From Coriobacteriaceae bacterium (GTDB lineage Bacteria; Actinomycetota; Coriobacteriia; Coriobacteriales; UMGS124): a stretch of DNA of 64,000 nucleotides. Position numbers and translations under genes: made by a program. The notes below the pieces were generated by a model, which saw only the letters and a list, made by a program, of their open reading frames with translations, did not search any database and was not told where the DNA came from. The first letter of the stretch is position 1. Every line of letters starts with the position of its first letter. Of the stretch, positions 1-11,404 are shown in pieces. The stretch lies in NCBI GenBank assembly GCA_019421015.1, contig JAHZGC010000024.1, positions 862-64,861 of the forward strand. Direction: 5' to 3'.

Positions 1-3000
1 GACGAGGAACGCCTTGTACTCGGGAACCTGGGTGTTGGGGTCGCCGACGTTGGGGGTCAGGTCGTTGACCATGCTCTCGGAGTTGGCGTACACGCCGGCC
101 CAGCCGAAGTGGTGGGTCATGCCGATGAGGTGGGTCATCTGGCCGTTGATCATCATCGGCTTAAAGCGGTTGGTGATCACCGAGTCGACGACGGCCGAGC
201 CGCGGTTGTTCCACACGCGCACCTTGTCGCCCGGCTTGATGCCCTTCTCCTCGGCGAGCTCGGGCGAGAGCTCGATGAACTGGGTGGGCATGGACTCGAT
301 GAGCGCGGGGCACATGCGGGTCTGGCCGCCGGTCTGCCAGTGCTCGACGACCGAGTAGGTGGTCGCGGCGATGGGGTACTCCTCGCGGCTGCCGCGCTTG
401 GTCGAGGGGTACTCGGCGAAGCGGATGCAGGGCGACTGCACGTAGCCGTCGGCACCGTGGAGCGGGTTGACGTCGGTGGGCGACTCGAACGGCTCGTAGT
501 GCTCGGGCAGGGGGCCATCTTCCATCGCGTAGGACTCGAGACGGGCGTTCTGCTCCCAAAGCATGAAGAACGCGTTGTCGTTGGGCTCGACGGGCTTGCC
601 GTCGCGGGCGGCCACGAAGTCGGGCTGGTCCCAGGTGACCCACTCGTCGCCGGTCCACTCGACCAGGCACTTGTCGGGGTTCCAGGGCTGGCCCTGCGGG
701 TCGGCCGAAGCGCGGTTATACAGGATGCGGCGGTTCGACGGCCAGGCAAAGGCCCACTCGGAGTAGAGGCCCAGGCCCGTGGGGTCGTCGAGGCTGCGGC
801 GGCAGATGTTTTGGGCCTCGGGGTTCAGCGGGTCGTCGTTGTTGGCCCAGAAGCCGGTGTAGATCCACATGGCGCAGGCCGTGGAGCCGTCGGCCTGGAG
901 CTCGCCGTAGCCGGCGCACAGGTCGGCCTTGGGGTCGGCCTCGGTGGTGTCGCACTCGGTACCCTCGATGCGGTAGCCGTTGAGGGCCCAGGCAACCGGG
1001 CGCGGGTCGATCTTGCCGTCGACGTAGTAATCCCACTTGGTGTTGAGCACGGGGTCGGGGTTGGCGCCGCCCTCCTCCTCGTAGAGGCGGCAGATCTCCT
1101 TCCAGAGCAGGTCGCAGATCTCGTAGTCGGGCTTGGCCTCCTCCCACGGCTCGACGGCCTGGTGGCGGTACTGGATCCAGCGGCCCGAGTTGAGGATCAG
1201 GCCCGGCTTCTCATAGATCAGCGCGCACGGCAGGTAGTACACCGTGGTGTCGATCTGGGAGGGGTCCATGTCGGGAGCCTTCCAGAAGGTGGCCGACTCA
1301 GTCGCCACCTGGTCGACCACGACGAGCCAGTCGAGATTCGACATGGCGCGGCGCACGTTGCCGGCGTTGGGGGCCGAGTTGCAGGGGTTCATGCCCCAGT
1401 TGAAGTAGCCCTTGACGACGCCCTCGCTCATCAGCTCGAACGAGGGGATGATGGTCTCGGTCAGGCCGCCCTGGTGCACCTTGGGCCACCAGTCGTAGCC
1501 GTAGTCGTTCTCCTCGGTGGCGTTCTCGCCCCACCACTCCTTGAGCGAGGAGATGAGGAACTTGGGCTTGTTGGTGTAGTAGCCGGCCGAGTAGGTCTGG
1601 CTCTCGAGCCAGTCGCGCAGGCTCTTGCGGTCGGTGGTGTTGGGCCACTTGAGGTAGGCCGGGTGCTCGTTCACCATCATACCCATGTCGGTGGCGCCCT
1701 GGACGTTGGGCTCGCCGCGCAGGGCGTTCACGCCGCCGCCAGGCATGCCGATGTTGCCGAGGAGCAGCTGCACGAGGCACATGGCGCGGGTGTTCTGGGC
1801 GCCGTAGGTGTGCTGGGTCTGACCCAGGGCGTAGAGGATGGTGCCCGATTTGCCGGGCTCGCCGGTGGAGGCGTAAGTGGAGTAGACGAGCTCCAGGGTC
1901 TCCTTGTCCATGCCGCAGATGCTGCACACGGTGTCGAGGTCGTAGCGCGCGTAGTGCTTCTTGAACTGCTGCCACACGCACATGGGGTCCTCGAGCGTCA
2001 TGTCGCGCTTGGGGGTCTCCACGGTGGGGGTGGTGAACTTGGGCACGCCGGGCTGCTCGACCCAGGAGTAGGCGCCGTTTTTAGAGGTGTCCCACTCAGA
2101 CTCGCTCTCGATCTGATAGTGCCAGCTGTGGTTGCTGTAGGTGGCGTTGTCGGCCTCGAAGCCCGAGAACAGGCCCGTCTCCGGGTCGAACTCGTAGTCG
2201 GGGTCGAGCAGGTAGGAGGCGTTGGTGTAGTTCAGCACGTACTCGTGCTGCCACAGGTCGTGCTCGATGATGTAGTTGTACAGGCCGCCGTAGAAGGCGA
2301 TGTCGGTGCCCGAACGAATGGGGCAGTAGATGTCGGCCATCTCGGCCGTGCGCGTGTAGCGCGGATCGACGACGATCCACTTGGCGCCGCGGTCGTGAGC
2401 CTTGTTGAGCCACTTGGAGCTCACGGGGTGGTTCTCGACGCTGTTCGACCCGCAGTGGAGAATAACGTCGGCGTTCTGCATATCACACCAGTGGCTCGTC
2501 ATCGAGCCACGGCCAAACGATGCCGCCAGACCGGCGACAGTGGGGCTGTGTCAAACTCGGGCTTGGTTGTCGATGGCCACGACACCAAGCGAACGCATCA
2601 TCTTGAGGATCAGGTACTCTTCCTCGGAGTTCTGCTGAGAGCCGCCGAGGCTGGCGATGCCCTCGCAGCGGTTGACGGTCAGGCCGTCCTCCTCGGTCTC
2701 GACAAAGGTCTCGTCGCGGGTGTCCTTCACCTTGCGGGCGATCTCGGCGATGGCCTCGTCCCAGGTGATGTCCTCCCACTCGCTCTTGCCGGGGCGGCGC
2801 ACCATGGGCTTCGACACGCGGTCGGCGTTCTTCACGATCTCGCGGGTCTTGGGGTCGACGACGTTGCGAAGCTGGAACATCGTGGCACCCTTGGGACACA
2901 GACCGCCCTCGTTGATGGGGTGGTCGGGGTCGCCCTCGAGGTTGATGAGCTCGCCGTCGCGCGAGGAGCACAGCGAGCCGCATCCGCCAGCGCAGTAGCA

Positions 3001-3153
3001 GCAGATGTTCGTGCTCTCCTCGGTGTCGACGAGCTTCCACTCTGCATTGGCCGAGGCGGCCAGCGCGGGGGTCTTTGAGGTCAGGCTGTACGCCATGGTG
3101 GCGCCCAGCGCTGCGCCTCCGGCCTTAAAAAGGCCTCTGCGCGAAAGCTCCAT
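1..3153 (-). CDS. fdhA: Formate dehydrogenase catalytic (alpha) subunit, Mo/W-bis-PGD family, selenocysteine-containing, Tat-exported; 3' end runs off the window
   Basis: ORF 2551..3153(-) starts MELSRRGLFKAGGAALGATMA (twin-arginine signal). It has a CCYCAGGCGSLC Fe-S motif and stops at TGA 2551-2553 after ...IDNQARV. Hand translation continues in the same frame as U-HSPTVAGLAASFGRGSMTSHW, which is the ARV-U-HxPTV active-site motif of FdnG/FdhF-type enzymes. SD GGGAAAGGAAG lies before ATG 3153. The downstream part is missing from the ORF track because it has no stop inside the window. Confidence 0.9.
2522..2553 (-). promoter_or_regulatory. UGA(Sec) codon plus candidate bacterial SECIS hairpin of the formate dehydrogenase mRNA
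   Basis: On the minus strand the sequence is UGA CAC AGC CCC ACU GUCGCC-GGUCU-GGCGGC. This gives a 6-bp stem with a GGUCU apical loop starting 13 nt after the UGA. The loop resembles the GGUC loop of the E. coli fdhF SECIS (recalled knowledge). Confidence 0.65.
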
Positions 3154-3940
3154 TACACACTTCCTTTCCCTCTCTAAAGCCTATCGGTGGTCGGTTCCAC
3201 CGCTGATATGTGGGTAGCGGAACCGCCCACATCTACCCATTGTATAAATCCAGCCTCAAAACGCGTCCATGCGAGGGCGTGTCAACCACATGGGCGGTTC
3301 TGACCGGACGGCCTGTGGGACGGGCGGCGTGTATGGAGCCGTGTGCGGTTGCCCTGGGCCGTGGCCGCAGTGTACCCCCTCTGGTTGGTCATAACAATAG
3401 GGAATAACGGAGTTTATATGCATAAAAAACTATATCGAACCTTGGAATAACGGAAAATAAATTACAGCCTCTATCTCGAAATACTTTTCATATGGGCCAA
3501 AGTATCTAAAAGGCTATTTTATGCAATCAAAAAATATTCTTATGCATATATAGACTCCAACCTCCTCATCTCCACCCTCGTGGGGAGGCATGTCGCGAAA
3601 GGTCCGGAGCAGCGAGGGCGGGGGAGGCGTGGGTTGACGGGGCGTCGGGAGAGAACGTGCCCAAAACCGCAGCGTGTCTTATCCGGGGCGGATTTCAATA
3701 CCCGAAACGGGGTTATGAACTCCAGGGGGTCGGAATCTTCTTGACGTTATGTCAAAGGGCAAAGATAACCGGAAGCAAGGTATGGTGGCTTTGTGAAGGC
3801 GTGGCTATCGTGGCTGCCGGTAGCGCGCATCGCCGCAAACCTCCTGGTAGGAAGCGGTGTGCGCTCATGGGGTCGCACCTGCGCCTGTGGTTTTGCCATA
3901 GGGGGTGCGAGCAAGTTAAGGGAGTCATGAGAGGAGAGAG

Positions 3941-6900
3941 ATGAGGGAAGCGAAGATGGACCGTCGCCAGTTTGTGCAGGCGATGGGTACCGTCGGCGCG
4001 CTCTCGGTCGCTGGCGCCGGTTTGGGCGCCCTTCCGACCGTGGGCCTTGCCGACGACGCTGAGTTCCCCAAGGCCCAGACCGGCAAGCCGGTCGAGGCCA
4101 CCGTCGACCCTGCCACGGGCGACATCAAGGTCAACGAGGACGTCATCGTCCGCAACTCCGGTTGCGTGGGCTGCTACCAGTCCTGCGGCAACCGCATCAA
4201 GATCGACCGCGAGACCGGTCGCATGCTGGGCGTGGGCGGCAACCCCTACCACCCCTCCTGCACCAACCCGCCGCTGCCCTTCGAGGCGCCCCTCACCGAC
4301 GAGATCCTGTCGATGAGCTACGCCAGCGTCGAGGGCAACTCCAACCAGGTCCGCTCCACCGTCTGCGGCCGCGGCCAGGGCACGCTGGACTCAGCCCTGC
4401 ACGCCAACCGCATCACCGTGCCGCTCAAGCGCGCCGGTAAGCGCGGCGAGGGCAAGTGGAAGCCGATCAGCTGGGAGCAGCTCATCACCGAGGTCACCGA
4501 GGGCGGCAAGCTCTTCGAGGAGATCGGCGAGGACTACGAGATCGAGGGCTTCAAGTCCGTGCACAGCACCGACCCCATCGATCCCGAACAGCCCAACCTG
4601 GGCCCCAAGTCCAACCAGATCCTGATCTGGAACACCCGCGCCGACGGGCGCCGCGAGCTCAACTCGCGCTTTGCCAAGACCTTCGGCACGGTCAACACCT
4701 ACAGCCACAACAGCTCTTGAGGCGCTGCCGGCGGAGTGAGTTCACTCTACACTGAAGGCACCACCTTTGGCTGCGACACCAACAACGCCGAGTACCTGCT
4801 CTGGAGCGGCGGCTTCCCCGGAGGCAACGCCGGCATGCAGGTCACGGGCAAGTACATGTCCGAACGTCTTCTTAACGGCTCCCTCAAGGTCGACGTGCTC
4901 GACCCCACCCTCGCTCAGGGCCTCGTGACCCCCACGATGCCCGGCATCAACTGGGTGCCGATCAAGCCTGCGACCAACGGCGCCCTCTACGCCGCCGTGG
5001 CCCAGTACATGATCAACAACGGCACCGCCAACGAGGAGTTCCTCTCCTTCCCGAGCCAGGCCGCCGCCGAGGCCGCCGGCTGGGGCGCCTACACCAACGC
5101 CACGTTCCTGGTCATCGAGGACGAGGCCCATCCCAACTACCGCAAGCTCATGCGCGCCGAGGACGCCGGCCTTGAGACCCCCGAGCCCGAAGAGGGCAAG
5201 GCCGCTCCCACCTACTACGCCGTCATCGACGCCGAGACCGGCGAGCCCGTGCTCAACACCGACTGCGCCAAGGCGGACCTGCGCTTCGAGGGCGAGGTCA
5301 ACGGCGTGAAGGTGCGCACCGGCTTTTTGCACCTCGTGGACTCGGTGAACGCCTACACCATGGACGAGTACGCCGAGATCACCGGCGTGCCCGTGTCCGA
5401 GCTCGAGCGCATCGCCACCGAGTTCGGCTCCCACGGCTACAAGGTGAGCGTCAACGCCTCGTCCGGCTCCACCGCCGGTACCAACGGCTTCGACACCCCC
5501 AACGGCCGCGAGGTCCTGAAGGCCCTGGTGGGCTCCAACCAGATGCAGGGCGGCTCGTTCGGCGGCCCCGGCGCCCCCGTGATGGAGGGCAAGGGTGCGC
5601 GCTACGACATCGCCACCGCCTCCATCGAGGGCATGCCCGACGTCTCCGGCAAGAACGCCGCCCAGCTGGCCCGCTGCGGCCGCGCCTGGGAGAAGACCGA
5701 CGAGTACGCCAACCGCGTGGCCGCCGGCGAGGAGAACCCCCAGCCGCTGCTGCCCTGGTACCCCATGGCCTCGCAGTCCGACAGCCAGGCCCTCATGGGT
5801 GTGGTGAACCAGTACCCCTACCAGTGCAAGATCATGATGACCTGGATGTGCAACGTGATCCAGGCCACGCCGGGCTCCATGCGCGACGAGGTCATCGAGC
5901 GCCTCTGCGACCCGAGCGTGCTGCCGCTGCACATCGTGTGCGACATCGTGATGGGCGAGATGGCCGCCTACGCCGACTACTTCGTGCCCGACGTGACGCA
6001 GTACGAGAGCTTTGGCCTGCCCACCAGCTCCCTCTACGGCGCCTCCGTGCGCTGGGAGGCAACCACGCCGCAGACCCTGGAGCTCGCCGACGGCCGCCAC
6101 GTGTGCTGGGAGACCCTGCTCATCGACGTGGCCAAGGCCTGCGAGCTGCCCGGTTGGGGCGAGAACTCCTTCTTCACCGACGTCGACGGCAACACCTGGC
6201 CCTTCAACTCGTCGCAGGACTACTACCTCAAGGCCATCGCGAACCTGGCCTACGCCAACGACGAGCCCTGTGACGACATCTCGGCCGAAGAGGCCCACAT
6301 GCAGGGCCTTGACGAGCTGCCCGCCTCCTTCACCGACGCCGTGAGCGAGCAGGAGTGGCCCAAGGTGCAGCGCGTCCTCTCGCGCGGCGGCCGTTTCTGG
6401 ACCGCCGAGCAGAAGACCAACCGCGCCGAGGACGGCCGCAGCACGAACATGAAGCCCTGCTGCACCTATATCTACAACGAGAAGCGCGCGCTTTCGAACA
6501 CCGGCCTCGCCAACGAGTACTACAGCGGCGGCCTGACCTACAACCCGCAGCGCTTCGCCGACATGTCGCTCGTGAGCGACCACTACTCGCTCGAGGAGTA
6601 CCCGTTCACGGCCTCCGAGTCCAAGCCGGTCTTCCGCTCGATCACCCGTCTGGCCGACAGCCCCATCATGCGCGGCCTGTGCGCCACGAACCACGTGCGC
6701 ATCAACGACGAGGACGCTGCAGAGCTCGGCATCGCCGACGGAGACCTCGTGCGCGCCGTCACCCCGGCCGGCGACGTCACCGAGGGCATCGCCATGGTGC
6801 GCGGCGGCCAGGTGAAGGGTGCCTTCTCGGTGTGCTTCGGTTACGAGCACATCAACTACGGCGCCCAGCCGCTCGTGGTCGACGGCGTGGAGACTCCGGG

Positions 6901-7045
6901 CGACCCGGCCATCGCCGCGGGCACGCGCCTCAAGACCATGCTCGACCCCACGGTCACCGACGGCGAGACGCTCATGATCTGGGCCGACAACACCGCCGCG
7001 AGCCCCGGCCGCTGCGGCGGCATCTATAAGATCGAGAAGGCATAG
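3941..7045 (+). CDS. Tat-exported molybdopterin (Mo/W-bis-PGD) oxidoreductase catalytic subunit with in-frame UGA (predicted selenocysteine) at 4718-4720; TtrA/PsrA/ArrA-like size and architecture, not a formate dehydrogenase
   Basis: Track ORFs 3941..4720 and 4736..7045 are in the same frame, separated only by TGA 4718-4720 and five sense codons (junction TVNTYSHNSS-U-GAAGGVSSLYTEG). The N-terminus MDRRQFVQAMGTVGALSVAGAGLGALP is a Tat signal. The FS0 motif is CVGCYQSCG...STVCGRG. A molybdopterin-binding C-terminal beta-barrel-like region is present (RINDEDAAELGIADGDLVRAVTPAGDV). The alternative start ATG 3956 (MDRRQF) has better SD spacing than 3941. Confidence 0.8.
4718..4748 (+). promoter_or_regulatory. 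UGA(Sec) codon plus small downstream hairpin (candidate SECIS) in the second molybdoenzyme
   Basis: The sequence is TGA ggcgctgccggcg GAGTG-AGTT-CACTC. The stem is 4734-4738/4743-4747 with a 4-nt loop containing GU, about 14 nt after the UGA. This hairpin is weaker than the FDH one. Confidence 0.4.
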
Positions 7046-7059
7046 GGAGGTAATCGACC

Positions 7060-7695
7060 ATGAGTGAAAAGCGTCTTGGAATGTTGATCGACCTCTCCCT
7101 GTGCATCGGCTGCAACGCCTGCGCGGTGGCCTGCAAGCTCGAGAACGACGTGCCTGCAAACGACGTCTTCAACGTGTGGGTGGAGAGCTGGGACGGCGAC
7201 CGCGGCGACGGCTACGTGTGCCGCACCAACGTCCCCAAGCAGTGCAACCAGTGCACCAATCCCAGCTGCGTCCCGGTGTGCCCCACCGGCGCCACCTACA
7301 TTGCCGAGGACGGCACCGTTCAGATCAACGCCGACGAGTGCATCGGGTGCCAGGCCTGTATGGCGGCCTGCCCCTACGGCGCCCGCTGGCTCGACGACGC
7401 CACCACCACGGTGCGCAAGTGCACCTTCTGCGAGCACCGTGTGGAGAACGGCCTGGTCCCCGCCTGCGTGGCCACCTGCGTGACCAAGTCGCGCATCTTC
7501 GGCGACCTGAACGACCCCGAAAGCGACATCTCGAAGCGCATCGCCGAGGCCGGCGACGCGGTGACGGTGCTGCTTCCCGAGGAGGGCCTCGAGCCCAACG
7601 TGTACTACATTGGCCTCACCGAGGCGCTGGACATGCCCAAGCGCTCCGGCGTCAACAAGGGCGGCAACGTCCTGGAGACCTACGAGGGCAAGTAA
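7060..7695 (+). CDS. Four-cluster [4Fe-4S] electron-transfer subunit (DmsB/PsrB/TtrB-like) of the Sec-molybdoenzyme
   Basis: Fe-S motifs are CIGCNACAVAC, CNQCTNPSCVPVCP, CIGCQACMAACP and CTFCEHR...CVATC. SD GGGAGG is 9 nt before ATG 7060, which lies 14 nt after the catalytic subunit stop. There is no signal peptide, so export would be by Tat hitch-hiking. Confidence 0.9.
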   Translation: MSEKRLGMLIDLSLCIGCNACAVACKLENDVPANDVFNVWVESWDGDRGDGYVCRTNVPKQCNQCTNPSCVPVCPTGATYIAEDGTVQINADECIGCQACMAACPYGARWLDDATTTVRKCTFCEHRVENGLVPACVATCVTKSRIFGDLNDPESDISKRIAEAGDAVTVLLPEEGLEPNVYYIGLTEALDMPKRSGVNKGGNVLETYEGK

Positions 7696-7724
7696 GGCCG
7701 GCGCGGTAGGCTAGCCGGTCGAGG

Positions 7725-7772
7725 AGCCCCCGCTCCCGCGCGCAGCTCAGCGCCGCGGGGCGGGGGCTTTTT
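7725..7772 (+). terminator. Intrinsic terminator after the Mo-enzyme operon
   Basis: AGCCCCCGC (7725-7733) pairs with GCGGGGGCT (7760-7768), with inner CCCGCG/CGCGGG pairing. It is followed by TTTTGC. Confidence 0.6.
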
Positions 7773-7880
7773 GCGGGCGCGGCCCCGCTCGCCCCGCGGC
7801 TCGGCGGCATGCGCGGCCGCACGGGGGCGCTGGGGTACAATGGCCAGACGTTACGGATCTGAGCGAAAGAAGGATGGGCC

Positions 7881-9431
7881 ATGGGCCAAGCGGACAATCC
7901 CGAAGGACCTTCTACGGCGGACGCCCAGGCGGTCGCGGCCGCCCTGCGGGGCCTGCCCCGCGTCGACGACATGCTTGCCGACCCGGCGGTGGCGCAGGCC
8001 CGGCAGGGTGTGCCCCGCGAAGTGGCACTTGCGGCGGTACGCGGGCTGCTCGACGAGGAGCGCGCCTGCATCCGCGCCGGCCGGCCGGGCCGGTCCCGCG
8101 AGGGCCTTTTGGCCGAGTGCGCGGCCCGCGTGGCCCTGGCCGCCCTGCCGCACCTGCGCTGCGTGGTGAACGCCACCGGTACGGTCATCCACACCAACCT
8201 GGGCCGTGCGCCGCTCTCGGCCAAGGTCGCCGCCCACGTGGCCGATGTGGCGAGCCACTACTCCACCCTCGAGTTCGACGTGGAGGAGGGGGTGCGCGGC
8301 TCGCGCCACGACCATGTGCGCGAGCTCATCTGCGCCATCACGGGGGCCGAGGACGCGGCGGTGGTGAACAACAACGCCGCCGCCGTGATGATGGTCCTCG
8401 CCGAGTTCGCCCGGGGCCGCGAGGTCGTGGTGAGCCGCGGCGAGCTCATCGAGATCGGCGGGTCGTTCCGCATCCCCGACATCATGGCCATGTCGGGGGC
8501 GCGCATGGTGGAGGTGGGCACCACCAACAAGACCCACCTGGTCGACTTTGAGCGGGCCATCACGCCCGAGACGGCCCTCGTCCTCAAGGTGCACCCCTCC
8601 AACTACCGCGTCGTGGGCTTCCACGAGGAGGTGGCCCCCGACGAGCTGGCGCGGCTGGCCCACGCCCACGGCGTCATGGTCTACGAGGACCAGGGCTCCG
8701 GCTCCTTCGTGGACCTGGCCGCCGCCGGTGTCGGCTCCGGCGAGCACACGGCGGCCTGGTCGCTCGCCCAGGGGGTCGACCTCGTGAGCTTCTCGGGCGA
8801 CAAGCTGCTCGGCGCGGCCCAGGCGGGCATCATCGTGGGCTCCTCGGAGCTGGTGCGCCGCGTGAAGAAGAACCCCCTCATGCGCGCCATGCGCCCCGAC
8901 AAGATGACCCTGGCCGCCGTGGAGGCGGTGCTGCGCTCCTACCTCGACGGCGACGCCGCCTGGCGCGACGTGCCCGTGCTCGCCATGCTCGGCGCCACCC
9001 CCCGCCAGCTCCACGAGCGGGCGTCGGCGCTGTTCGGGCGTATCGTCGCCGCACTTGGGGAGCGAGGGGTGGCCTACTCCTTCGACGGCCCGCAGGACGC
9101 GTCGGCCCAGGCGGGGGAGACGCCCTGCGGGCTGCAGGCGGGTCCGGTGCGCCTGCGGGTGACCCCCCTGGAGTCCTGCGTGGGCGGCGGGGCCCTTCCC
9201 ACCGAGGAGCTGCCGGGCTACGGGCTGCGCCTTGAGGTCGACGGCGTCTCGCCTAACCGCCTGCGCGCACGGCTCCTCTCGGTGCGCCCCCGGGCCGTGG
9301 TGGCCCGCGTGGGCGACGGCGCGCTGCTGTGCGACGTGCGCACCCTGGTGGACGAGCGCGACGAGGCCGACGTGGTCGAGGCCCTGGCAAACGTGGTTGA
9401 GCAGGCTGTGGCAGAAGGGAGCACACGATGA
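7881..9431 (+). CDS. selA: L-seryl-tRNA(Sec) selenium transferase
   Basis: Motifs are [16 protein letters not shown] and the PLP-lysine motif [17 protein letters not shown]. The stop overlaps the selB start (ATGA). Confidence 0.9.
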   Translation: MGQADNPEGPSTADAQAVAAALRGLPRVDDMLADPAVAQARQGVPREVALAAVRGLLDEERACIRAGRPGRSREGLLAECAARVALAALPHLRCVVNATGTVIHTNLGRAPLSAKVAAHVADVASHYSTLEFDVEEGVRGSRHDHVRELICAITGAEDAAVVNNNAAAVMMVLAEFARGREVVVSRGELIEIGGSFRIPDIMAMSGARMVEVGTTNKTHLVDFERAITPETALVLKVHPSNYRVVGFHEEVAPDELARLAHAHGVMVYEDQGSGSFVDLAAAGVGSGEHTAAWSLAQGVDLVSFSGDKLLGAAQAGIIVGSSELVRRVKKNPLMRAMRPDKMTLAAVEAVLRSYLDGDAAWRDVPVLAMLGATPRQLHERASALFGRIVAALGERGVAYSFDGPQDASAQAGETPCGLQAGPVRLRVTPLESCVGGGALPTEELPGYGLRLEVDGVSPNRLRARLLSVRPRAVVARVGDGALLCDVRTLVDERDEADVVEALANVVEQAVAEGSTR

Positions 9432-11404
9432 GCGCGGACGAGAAGGACCCGGAGGTTGCGGTGATTGTGGGGACCGCGGGCCATGTGGACCACGGCAAAA
9501 GCTCGCTCGTCATGGCCCTCACGGGCACCGACCCCGACCGCCTGCCGCAAGAGAAGGCCCGCGGCATCACCATCGACCTGGGCTTTGCCGAGCTGACGCT
9601 TCCCAGCGGGCGGCAGGTGGGCCTCGTCGACGTCCCCGGCCACGAGCACTACGTGCGCGCCATGGTGGCCGGTGCCGCCGGGGTGGACGTGGCGCTGCTC
9701 GTGGTTGCGGCAGACGACGGCGTGATGCCCCAAACCCGCGAGCACCTTCGCATCCTCGAGGTCATGGGTGCCACCCAGATGGTCGTTGCCCTCACCAAGG
9801 CCGACCTCGTGGAGCCCGACTGGCTCGAGCTCGTGCAGATGGACCTCGAGGAGTTCCTCGAGGGGACGCGTTTTGCCGGGGCGCCCGTGGTACCGGTCTC
9901 GAGCCGTACGGGCGAGGGCCTGCCCCGCTTGTTGGAGGCCTTGGACGCGGCGGCCGAGAAGTTCGCGTGCTCCGAGGCCGCGGCCGCGCGGCTGGCGCGG
10001 CCGGCGCGTCTGGCGGTAGACCGCGCGTTCAACGTGGCCGGCGTGGGCGCCGTGGTCACGGGCACGCTGCGCTCGGGCACGCTCGCCCCCGGCGACGCGG
10101 TGGACGTGCTGCCGGCCGGGACGCGCGCCAAGGTGCGCAACGTGCAGGTGCACGGCCGCGACGTCGCGCGCGCCTGCGCGGGGCAGCGCACCGCCCTCAA
10201 CCTCACGGGCGTGGGGCTCGAGGAGGTGCCCCGCGGCGCCACCGTGTGTGCGCCGGGGTCGCTCGCCGCGCACGACCGCTTCGACGGCATACTGCGCTGG
10301 TTCGGACGCGACCGGGACGACCCGGCGCCACTGGTCTCGGGGGAGCGCGTGCACGTGTGCGTGGGCACCTCACAGGCCCTGGGCCGCGTGCTGCTCTTCG
10401 ACGGGGCCCCCGAGCTGGCCTGCGGCCAGCAGGCGCTGGTGCAGGTGCGCCTGGAGGAGCCGCTGGTGCTCGCCGCCCAGGATCGCTTTGTGGTGATGGC
10501 CTTCTCGCCCGTGGAGCTGGTGGGGGGTGGCACCGTGCTGTGGGCCAACCCGCCGCGCCGCACGACGCCTGCCGAGGCCGACCGCGCGCTGCTGGCCGCC
10601 CTGGGGGCGTGCGACGAACGGGGGGCCGTGCTGGCCCTGGCGACGCGGTCGGCCTTGCCGTTCACGGCACCCGAGGTCGCCGCCTCACTCGACCTGGGGG
10701 CCGACCGGGCGGCCGGGCTGCTCGCCGAGCTGGCGGCCGCCGGCGAGCTCGAGGCGCTGGGGACGCCCGGGGCGGCCCAGGCGTTCTCGACGCCGGCGCA
10801 GCTCGATGCGCTCTGCCAGAAGATGGTGGGGGAGCTCAAGGGGGACCACGGCCTGGCCCAGGCGGGCACCGGCGTGCCCGTGCTCGCCCTGCGCGACCGC
10901 GTGGCCCCGCGCATGGACGCCGCGGCCTTCGGGGCCCTGGTGGCGCGTGCCGAGGCGCAGGGGTTGGTGGGACGCTTTGGGGCCGGCGTGGTGGCCGGCG
11001 ACGACCTGGAGCGCCTGCGCCGCGAGGCCGGCGAGCTTACCGACCGCGTGCAGGCGTCGCTCGACGCCCACGGGGTGGCCGTGCCGTTCGTGGAGGACCT
11101 GGTGGGCGAGCTGGGGCTCGACGAGGCCGTGGTGCGCCGCGGCCTCACCATGCTTTGCGACGAGGGGCGCGCCGTGGCCGTGGACCGCTCCTACGTCATG
11201 GGTAAGGCGGCCCACGACGCCGCTTGCGAGACCGTGGCCGCCACCATCCGCGCCGCCGGCGGCCAAGTCTCGGCCGGCGAGCTGCGCGAGGCGCTGGGCC
11301 TCTCGCGCAAGTACGCGATGCCGTTCTTGGAGCACCTCGACAAGATAGGGTTCACCGTGCGCTCGGCCGACGGGCAAGGCGCCCGCAGCCTGGCCAAGCC
11401 GTAA
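9428..11404 (+). CDS. selB: Selenocysteine-specific translation elongation factor
   Basis: GTPase motifs are [22 protein letters not shown] and LTKADL. The protein is 658 aa, with the long C-terminal extension typical of bacterial SelB. It is translationally coupled to selA. Confidence 0.9.
   Translation: MSADEKDPEVAVIVGTAGHVDHGKSSLVMALTGTDPDRLPQEKARGITIDLGFAELTLPSGRQVGLVDVPGHEHYVRAMVAGAAGVDVALLVVAADDGVMPQTREHLRILEVMGATQMVVALTKADLVEPDWLELVQMDLEEFLEGTRFAGAPVVPVSSRTGEGLPRLLEALDAAAEKFACSEAAAARLARPARLAVDRAFNVAGVGAVVTGTLRSGTLAPGDAVDVLPAGTRAKVRNVQVHGRDVARACAGQRTALNLTGVGLEEVPRGATVCAPGSLAAHDRFDGILRWFGRDRDDPAPLVSGERVHVCVGTSQALGRVLLFDGAPELACGQQALVQVRLEEPLVLAAQDRFVVMAFSPVELVGGGTVLWANPPRRTTPAEADRALLAALGACDERGAVLALATRSALPFTAPEVAASLDLGADRAAGLLAELAAAGELEALGTPGAAQAFSTPAQLDALCQKMVGELKGDHGLAQAGTGVPVLALRDRVAPRMDAAAFGALVARAEAQGLVGRFGAGVVAGDDLERLRREAGELTDRVQASLDAHGVAVPFVEDLVGELGLDEAVVRRGLTMLCDEGRAVAVDRSYVMGKAAHDAACETVAATIRAAGGQVSAGELREALGLSRKYAMPFLEHLDKIGFTVRSADGQGARSLAKP

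Noticed and set aside
109-3078. A 989-aa plus-strand ORF, plus many other very long ORFs antisense to or frame-shifted from real genes. Examples are 4742..7159(-), 7851..9014(-), 9232..11205(+), 9649..11151(-), 12645..14231(-), 14481..15845(-), 16887..18437(-), 24119..26098(-), 35027..36898(+), 42102..43661(+), 45004..47139(-), 47149..48564(-), 58589..60577(-).
   Set aside because: Their composition is dominated by Gly, Ala, Arg, Val, Pro and His, with no recognisable motifs. Each overlaps a gene with strong family signatures on the other strand or frame. Such shadow ORFs are expected in 65% GC DNA because stop codons are rare.
3400-3560. An AT-rich island between the FDH and Sec-molybdoenzyme genes could be a fifth copy of the AT-rich TIR element. 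It shares ATCTCGAAA, GGCCAAAG and TATGCAT-type strings, and has two GGAATAACGGA repeats.
   Set aside because: Only short, patchy matches are present. The central conserved block (CCTGGA..GGTGTGAATGGTTGCAA) and the TIRs are absent. It is more simply a divergent promoter region. The GGAATAACGGA direct repeat (about 3401 and 3444) may be a regulator site, but I cannot support that.
3560-3940. I looked for a molybdenum-cofactor (Moco) riboswitch or other known leader upstream of the Sec-molybdoenzyme operon.
   Set aside because: I could not recognise the conserved Moco-motif elements by eye. Without a covariance-model scan (Rfam RF01055) no call is justified.
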